From positions 348,705-412,704 of the forward strand of contig CAYFJV010000001.1 of NCBI GenBank assembly GCA_964343575.1: a stretch of DNA of 64,000 bases. The letters run 5' to 3'. The stretch is from an uncultured Methanosarcinales archaeon (GTDB lineage: Archaea; Nanobdellota; Nanobdellia; Woesearchaeales; GW2011-AR9). How positions within the stretch are numbered: position 1 is the stretch's first letter; the number at the start of each line of letters is the position of its first letter. The position numbers and the translations under genes were made by a program. The notes beneath the pieces were generated by a model that saw only the letters and a program-made list of their open reading frames with translations, had not been told where the DNA came from and ran no database searches. Shown in pieces: positions 58,844-64,000 of this stretch.

Positions 58844-60043
58844 CTATCTTCCGCTCACAATTTCAATAACATCTTGGTCTTGTAGGACATGATCCTTACC
58901 GACAGTTATCTTACGCTTGATATCCTTCGCCCGAATAAAGTTCTTCCCTAAATCAGTATGCAACTTGTAAGCGAACTGCAGAGCGGTACTTTTGGGAGGC
59001 ATCAAAAAACAATCAGGAATTACATTCCCATCTTTGTCAGCTAGTTTTTCTCCCCCTGGGTAGATAGCCATATACTTAAGCTTATCAAAGACTGCCGCAT
59101 TAAGTGTTGCTTGTACTCCCGAAGCAAAAGGATACTTTTCAAGGACAGACTCTTTCATGAATTTAAGCGCCCGCTCTTGCTTTTCATTGAGCTTTGAATC
59201 GGGCAGAATATTAAAGCTCTTCTCTCCTGAGATATACTCAATTAAGTTGTGTTTTGCGGCTTCTCTAAGAGCAAGTTCTACGTCCGCACTGGTTGGCACA
59301 AGAAGCTCCTCTGGGAATTGTTTTTGAAGTCGCTCAAAGTTTGCAAAAGCTCCTTGCACATCAATCTTGTTGCAAGCAATAACCATTGGTTTAGTTACCT
59401 TTCTTAACTCAATTGCAAGAAGTTCAAGGTTTTCATCTGTCCACTTTTGAGGCTGCTCTGGATCAAGAGAAAGTTTTCTTAACGCATCTTCAATGATTAT
59501 TTCGGTCACCTTCAAACCACTTAACTGTTTAGCAAGAGCTTCACTTATTTTTTTCTTTTCTTGTTGCACAGCCCGAGCAAACTTTTCCCAACCTTTCTTA
59601 AGGATGCCAAGATACCACAAGTCAAGCTCAGTTGCAAGAAATTTAATATCTTCTGCAGGGTCATAAGATCCTGCATCTACTGGTTCTCCTCGCTCATTAG
59701 TACTCCCTGAAATATCAATCACATGAATAAGCACATCTGCTTGTCTTAGGTCGTCAAGAAATTGGTTCCCCATTCCTTTTCCTTCATGCGCTCCAGGAAC
59801 TAAGCCCGCTACATCAACCATTTGCACAGGGATAAAACGAAACTCGCCTTGCACATAGCCATCTCTGGGGTTAGATACTTTACCAAACTGTCTTGCTACA
59901 TCCTTGCATTTAAGGTAACCTACACCCACATTTGCTTTGATAGTTGCAAAAGGATAATTGGCAATTTCTACCTCTGCAAGCGTTGCTGCTTTGAAAAAAG
60001 TACTTTTTCCCACATTTGGTTTTCCAACCACACCAATTTGCAT
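58844..60043 (-). CDS. ychF: Obg-family GTPase/ATPase YchF (archaeal type)
   Basis: GKPNVGKST, YPFATI, DVAGLV, NKID, TGS-like C-terminus. Confidence 0.93.
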   Translation of the reverse strand: MQIGVVGKPNVGKSTFFKAATLAEVEIANYPFATIKANVGVGYLKCKDVARQFGKVSNPRDGYVQGEFRFIPVQMVDVAGLVPGAHEGKGMGNQFLDDLRQADVLIHVIDISGSTNERGEPVDAGSYDPAEDIKFLATELDLWYLGILKKGWEKFARAVQQEKKKISEALAKQLSGLKVTEIIIEDALRKLSLDPEQPQKWTDENLELLAIELRKVTKPMVIACNKIDVQGAFANFERLQKQFPEELLVPTSADVELALREAAKHNLIEYISGEKSFNILPDSKLNEKQERALKFMKESVLEKYPFASGVQATLNAAVFDKLKYMAIYPGGEKLADKDGNVIPDCFLMPPKSTALQFAYKLHTDLGKNFIRAKDIKRKITVGKDHVLQDQDVIEIVSGR

Positions 60044-60094
60044 TTTTTCGCTGAGAGACAATAGCCTTTTAAAGCTTCTTCTTTTTGCCTGTCC

Positions 60095-60628
60095 ATGCCC
60101 TTCGCAGTTACCCACCTTGTTGCAGCCTGGCTTCTTGGAAAGGCCTACCAAAAATGGAGTGGAAAAGAAATTGATCACTTCACTTGGGGACTTCTTCTTT
60201 TAGGGAGCATTGTTCCAGATTTTGACTATTTTTTCGATTGGTTCTTAGGGCTGAACGTGCACCGAAGCTTTAGCCATAGTTTTATCTTCTTGTTTCTTGC
60301 AATCTTTACAACTTACCTCTTCTTTGAGTACGTGTTCAAAGAGAGCGACTTTGCTGGAAAACATAACGCAAAAATTCTTTCTCTTGCTTTTGGGTTTGGG
60401 GTCTTTAGCCACCTTTTGTTAGATAGTTTTTTCTTAGAAGGGATCCCTTTATTTTGGCCATGGATGTGGAACTTTTCTTTTGAAGGCGTCTTCTTCTCCA
60501 GTGGGAGAAGTCTTATTCTTGAAGAGAGTGAAAAGGTAGTGAGAAGCGCTCGCTTTGCCCTTATAGATATGTTTGTTGGGCTGCTCTTTATTGCTTGGCA
60601 TTGGTGGAAGAAGCAGCTTAGACTTTGA
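60095..60628 (+). CDS. Membrane-bound metal-dependent hydrolase (YdjM family)
   Basis: TH, PDFD, HRSFSHS, SHLLLD, GIPLFWP. Confidence 0.88.
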   Translation: MPFAVTHLVAAWLLGKAYQKWSGKEIDHFTWGLLLLGSIVPDFDYFFDWFLGLNVHRSFSHSFIFLFLAIFTTYLFFEYVFKESDFAGKHNAKILSLAFGFGVFSHLLLDSFFLEGIPLFWPWMWNFSFEGVFFSSGRSLILEESEKVVRSARFALIDMFVGLLFIAWHWWKKQLRL

Positions 60629-60651
60629 ATTAGAACAATGGGTAGTACAAG

Positions 60652-60811
60652 GCTCTGTAGAAATCCTCCAGACTTCTGCGGGAGCTTATTCCTTAGGGAC
60701 TCTTCTCGGGACTTCGTTTTCTCATCCATGAGAAAACTCCTCTAAGAGGATCGTTGCTTTTACATTGCTTGCCAGCGGTGTTCGCAGAGAAGGAGAGGAT
60801 TTCTACAGAGC
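60652..60811. other. 160-nt element closed by a perfect 17-bp inverted repeat (ncRNA or MITE candidate)
   Basis: GCTCTGTAGAAATCCTC...GAGGATTTCTACAGAGC; TCTGCG/CGCAGA; hairpins at 60716-60737 and 60738-60750. Confidence 0.55.
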
Positions 60812-60857
60812 TGTAGCACAATAAAGATTTAAATACCTTAAAATCTCTCTTTTCTTT

Positions 60858-61484
60858 GTGCCAACTAAAAAAATCTCTGGAGATTATCTTGTAAAGGTCC
60901 CACAGCATAACATCAAGATGAAGTATAAAGACATCTTTAATCTTAGGGATTTCTACGAAACCCTTTACTATTGGTTTAGAGAATACGGTTGGCAAGGGAT
61001 CACCAACACAGGAAAAGATCAAGAAGAACAATTTGAAATTCTCTTCCATGAACAGCATCTTCCTGGCGGAGCAAAAAATGTTACTATCAAATGGCGCTTG
61101 CAGAAAAAGGCGCCCAATGCTTCTGGCTTGCATTATTACATTGATATGGATTTCATAGTTATTGCACTGACCAACACAGAAGTAATCAGAGAAGGACGCA
61201 AACTTAAGACCAATAAAGGCGAGATTGGAATGGAAATCAAGGGCTTCATTGAAAAGAAGTATGAAAAGGACTTTGGCAACGACGGTTTTTTGAAATTCTT
61301 TTTAGGACTTTTTAATGACAGAGTCTATTCTACCAGTGATCATGAAAAACACCTTTATCGAGAGATGTACGTTCTACAAAACTTTATCAAACAGTGGTTT
61401 AAGATGAAGAGGTATCTTCCTTACGAAGAGACTCGAAGCTTTTGGCCATCTACTGCATACCCTTCACATCAGAAAGAGAAGTGA
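60858..61484 (+). CDS. hypothetical protein
   Basis: 208 aa ORF; TTTAAATA box about 30 nt upstream, suggesting a leaderless GTG start. Confidence 0.65.
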   Translation: MPTKKISGDYLVKVPQHNIKMKYKDIFNLRDFYETLYYWFREYGWQGITNTGKDQEEQFEILFHEQHLPGGAKNVTIKWRLQKKAPNASGLHYYIDMDFIVIALTNTEVIREGRKLKTNKGEIGMEIKGFIEKKYEKDFGNDGFLKFFLGLFNDRVYSTSDHEKHLYREMYVLQNFIKQWFKMKRYLPYEETRSFWPSTAYPSHQKEK

Positions 61485-61513
61485 AGTTTAGTATTAGGAG
61501 AGAAAGAAAGGAG

Positions 61514-61640
61514 AGCCCCAGGCGAGAGTTGAACTCGCGATCTCCTGATTGCTTGATATGCTGTTGTTTTGATGCTTTTGAAAACATACCAGCAAGCTGA
61601 CTATACAAGTCAGGTGCCATAGCCACTAGGCCACTGGGGC
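61514..61640 (-). tRNA. tRNA-Thr(UGU) with 54-nt intron at 37/38 (61603-61550)
   Basis: Acceptor GCCCCAG/CTGGGGC, anticodon stem CCTGA/TCAGG, TGT at 61607-61605, T-arm GCGAG-TTCAACT-CTCGC; BHB-like CUUG/CAAG helix with 3-nt bulges. Confidence 0.93.
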
Positions 61641-61704
61641 AAACTAAGATGAAATTCATTTAATTTGTTTATTAAGTTTTCTAAGAAAGGTTAGTGAGGA
61701 AGGC

Positions 61705-61816
61705 GCCCATGCCACCGGGGAGCTGTCAGTTTTCTCTTGGCCTCTCCCAATGGAGCCTTTGCTCCGGTAGAGGAAAAAGTGCCCTCAAGGGGCTAAGCTA
61801 TGCCAATGACATGGAC
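61705..61816 (-). ncRNA. Unidentified ~112-nt structured RNA candidate
   Basis: 14-bp closing helix GUCCAUGUCAUUGG/CCGGUGGCAUGGGC with four G-U pairs that form only on the minus strand; internal stems; TTAAAAA box about 25 nt upstream; GC-rich in AT-rich context. Confidence 0.55.
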
Positions 61817-62031
61817 AGTAACTTGGATTTTTTTTGCTTTTTAAGGGTTTTGTTTTCTCTTCATCTTCTTTTTTCTCTCCTTTGCAGCTCTGGCAGAGCA
61901 TGGAAAACTTTAAAAATGATTTTTCGCTCTTCCCTGACAGGCATGATAGGTGTAAGAAGTTCTCATGTTGAGTTTAAAATCTAGATGTCTATCTTGAATG
62001 ATTTTAATTAAGGAGTTTTAGAGGGGTTATT

Positions 62032-62664
62032 ATGGAAAATACTATGTTGAAGACTGGAACAACAACTTTAGGTATCGTTTGTAAAGATGGAGTGGTACTT
62101 GCAGCTGATCGGCGTGCTACTGCCGGACATATGATTGTTGACAAGCGAGCTGAAAAATTACACATCATTAATGATAATGTAGCAGTAACTATTGCCGGTT
62201 CTGTTTCTGAAGCGCAGTTGTTAATTAAGTTGATCAGGGCGGAGTTGAAATTAAAAGAAGTACGAACCAACAAAGTTCCTAACATCAAAGAATCCGCAAA
62301 CCTACTTGGTGGACTCCTTTACAGTACCCTTCGACGCATGTCTATGTTCCCTGCTGTTGCCCACTTTTTGATGGGTGGAAAGGATGCAGACGGCGTGCAC
62401 CTTTACGACCTCTTCCCAGATGGGAGTGTTACTCGGATTACGGATTATGTAAGTAGCGGATCTGGAAGCGTTTTTGCATATGGTGTTTTAGAGAGCCACT
62501 GGAGGCCGGACATGAGTGTTGCAGAAGGTCAAAAACTTGCGCTTAAGGCGGTAAATGCGGCGCTTCAACGGGACAGTGCCTCTGGAAACGGTATCGAAAT
62601 TGCGGTGATCAGCTCAGCAAAAGTAGAGAAAGTTTTAAAAAAGGAGCTCACTTATAGTCTTTAA
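62032..62664 (+). CDS. psmB: Proteasome subunit beta
   Basis: Short propeptide, KTG/TTT, AADRR, GSGS, RDSASG. Confidence 0.96.
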   Translation: MENTMLKTGTTTLGIVCKDGVVLAADRRATAGHMIVDKRAEKLHIINDNVAVTIAGSVSEAQLLIKLIRAELKLKEVRTNKVPNIKESANLLGGLLYSTLRRMSMFPAVAHFLMGGKDADGVHLYDLFPDGSVTRITDYVSSGSGSVFAYGVLESHWRPDMSVAEGQKLALKAVNAALQRDSASGNGIEIAVISSAKVEKVLKKELTYSL

Positions 62665-62809
62665 GTTCCTTCTAAAGGATTTTATTTATTCACTTTTTAT
62701 TGGAGCAAGGATGCTTTGTTTTCCTGCTTCTTTAACTCTTAAAACTTTAAAACAATTTAGAGAACAACAAATGATAGGAATTCTTTTCCTCAGATAAGAG
62801 GTTTGTACT

Positions 62810-64000
62810 ATGGCAGATATTCTCAAAGAGATGGTTAAAAAGCTCCCGGCGGGCAAAATTTCTGAAGCAACTTATGAAGCTGCTAACATCGTTTTATACA
62901 CTAAAGACAAGGAGTTCTTTTTGGACAACAAGGGAACAGTTCGAGAATTGGTAAAAGAGTTCAAAAAGCGTGTTGAACTCCGTCCAGACCCAAGCCTTTG
63001 CTTACCAGAAGAAAAAGCACAGATACTCATAAAAAAAATCATTCCAAAAGAAGCAGGTGTGCAAGATCTTATTTTTGATCCTCCACGAAGCCAGGTCATC
63101 ATTCACGCAGACAAACCAGGACTTATCATTGGTAAAAAAGGAGAAGTGCTTCGTGAACTTAAGAAACAAACTATGTGGGTTCCACTTGTGAAAAGAGATC
63201 CCCCAATTCGTTCTAAACTTATCGAGAGTATTCGTTCTGTTCTTTACGAAAACGCAACCTATCGAAAGAAGTTCCTAGCAAAAACGGGACATCGAGTTTA
63301 TGATGGATGGTTGCGTGCTAAAAAGCATGAGTGGGTACGTTTAAGTTTTCTGGGAGCTGCGCGTCAAGTTGGACGTTCTTGTCTCTTACTTCAGACGCCA
63401 GAGTCTCGTATCTTAATGGACTGTGGTATTGATCCAAGCCAGGACGGTCCGGAGTCTTATCCTTTCTTAGATGCCCCAGAGTTTAACATCAGTGAAATTG
63501 ATGCGGTAATTTTGAGTCATAGTCATCTTGACCATAGCGGACTTATTCCTTATCTTTTCAAGTATGGTTACAAAGGTCCAGTCTATTGTACTGCGCCAAC
63601 TCGTGACGTAAGTGCCTTACTTCAGCTTGACATGGCCAAGATCCAACGTAACGAAGGAAAAGACCCGATTTATACTAGTGAAGATGTAAAGAATTTTGTT
63701 TTACACACTATCTGTGTTGATTGGGATACCGTAACTGATATCACCCCAGATGTACGACTTACTTTTTACAATAGCGGACACATTTTAGGAAGTAGCATAA
63801 CTCATTTGAACATTGGTAATGGTTTACACAACCTTGTCTACACAGCAGATATGAAGTATGCTCGAACTAATGTTTTGGAAGCGGCTCACACCCAATTTCC
63901 TCGAGTAGAGACTGTGATCATTGAGTCAACTTATGGTGGAAAGAGTAATGTTATGGCTGAGCAAGAAGCTGATGAGTACATGATCAAAGTAGTGAAGGAG
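62810..64000 (+). CDS. fttA: beta-CASP ribonuclease aCPSF1/FttA (KH-KH-MBL), runs off right edge
   Basis: Manual translation: MADILKEM...RVELRPDP, KPGLIIGKKG, GAARQVGRSC, SHSHLDH, SGHILGS, IESTYGG; conserved psmB-aCPSF1 linkage. Confidence 0.93.
   Translation, partial: MADILKEMVKKLPAGKISEATYEAANIVLYTKDKEFFLDNKGTVRELVKEFKKRVELRPDPSLCLPEEKAQILIKKIIPKEAGVQDLIFDPPRSQVIIHADKPGLIIGKKGEVLRELKKQTMWVPLVKRDPPIRSKLIESIRSVLYENATYRKKFLAKTGHRVYDGWLRAKKHEWVRLSFLGAARQVGRSCLLLQTPESRILMDCGIDPSQDGPESYPFLDAPEFNISEIDAVILSHSHLDHSGLIPYLFKYGYKGPVYCTAPTRDVSALLQLDMAKIQRNEGKDPIYTSEDVKNFVLHTICVDWDTVTDITPDVRLTFYNSGHILGSSITHLNIGNGLHNLVYTADMKYARTNVLEAAHTQFPRVETVIIESTYGGKSNVMAEQEADEYMIKVVKE

Noticed and set aside
61705..61816. 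5S rRNA or SRP RNA call
   Set aside because: Length and GGCAUAGC are suggestive, but loop-C CCGAAC, the 5S three-way topology and SRP helix-8 motifs are absent. Kept only as an unidentified RNA.
60693..61984. ORF-track entries 60693-61133, 61450-61659 and 61694-61984
   Set aside because: Shadow ORFs over a real gene, the tRNA and the structured element.

Overview
Archaeal chromosomal segment, most consistent with a DPANN (Woesearchaeota-like) genome. Archaeal informational genes are present (rpl7ae-rps28e-rpl24e-ndk-EF-2, EF-1alpha-rpsJ, proteasome beta, aCPSF1/FttA, an intron-containing tRNA-Thr). They are mixed with bacterial-type metabolic genes (oxidative pentose phosphate cluster zwf/pgl/gnd/tal, selU, xth, racemase, glmS, pgk) and many ORFans. 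I found no CRISPR array, transposase, integrase or rRNA. Most notable observations: (1) an intact class II (B12) ribonucleotide-reductase homolog that keeps the thiyl-radical Cys but has lost both redox-active cysteines and the NxCxE Asn, next to a CobO/BtuR adenosyltransferase with a four-Cys insert; (2) a dph2 gene split into two distant ORFs that together supply all three Fe-S ligands; (3) three unexplained intergenic elements of 110-175 nt closed by long terminal helices; (4) a consensus kink-turn at the 5' end of the rpl7ae leader; (5) a histone-H1-like protein with a duplicated N-terminal module; (6) a giant Cys-rich surface protein. All calls come from reading motifs by eye; no searches or folding programs were run.
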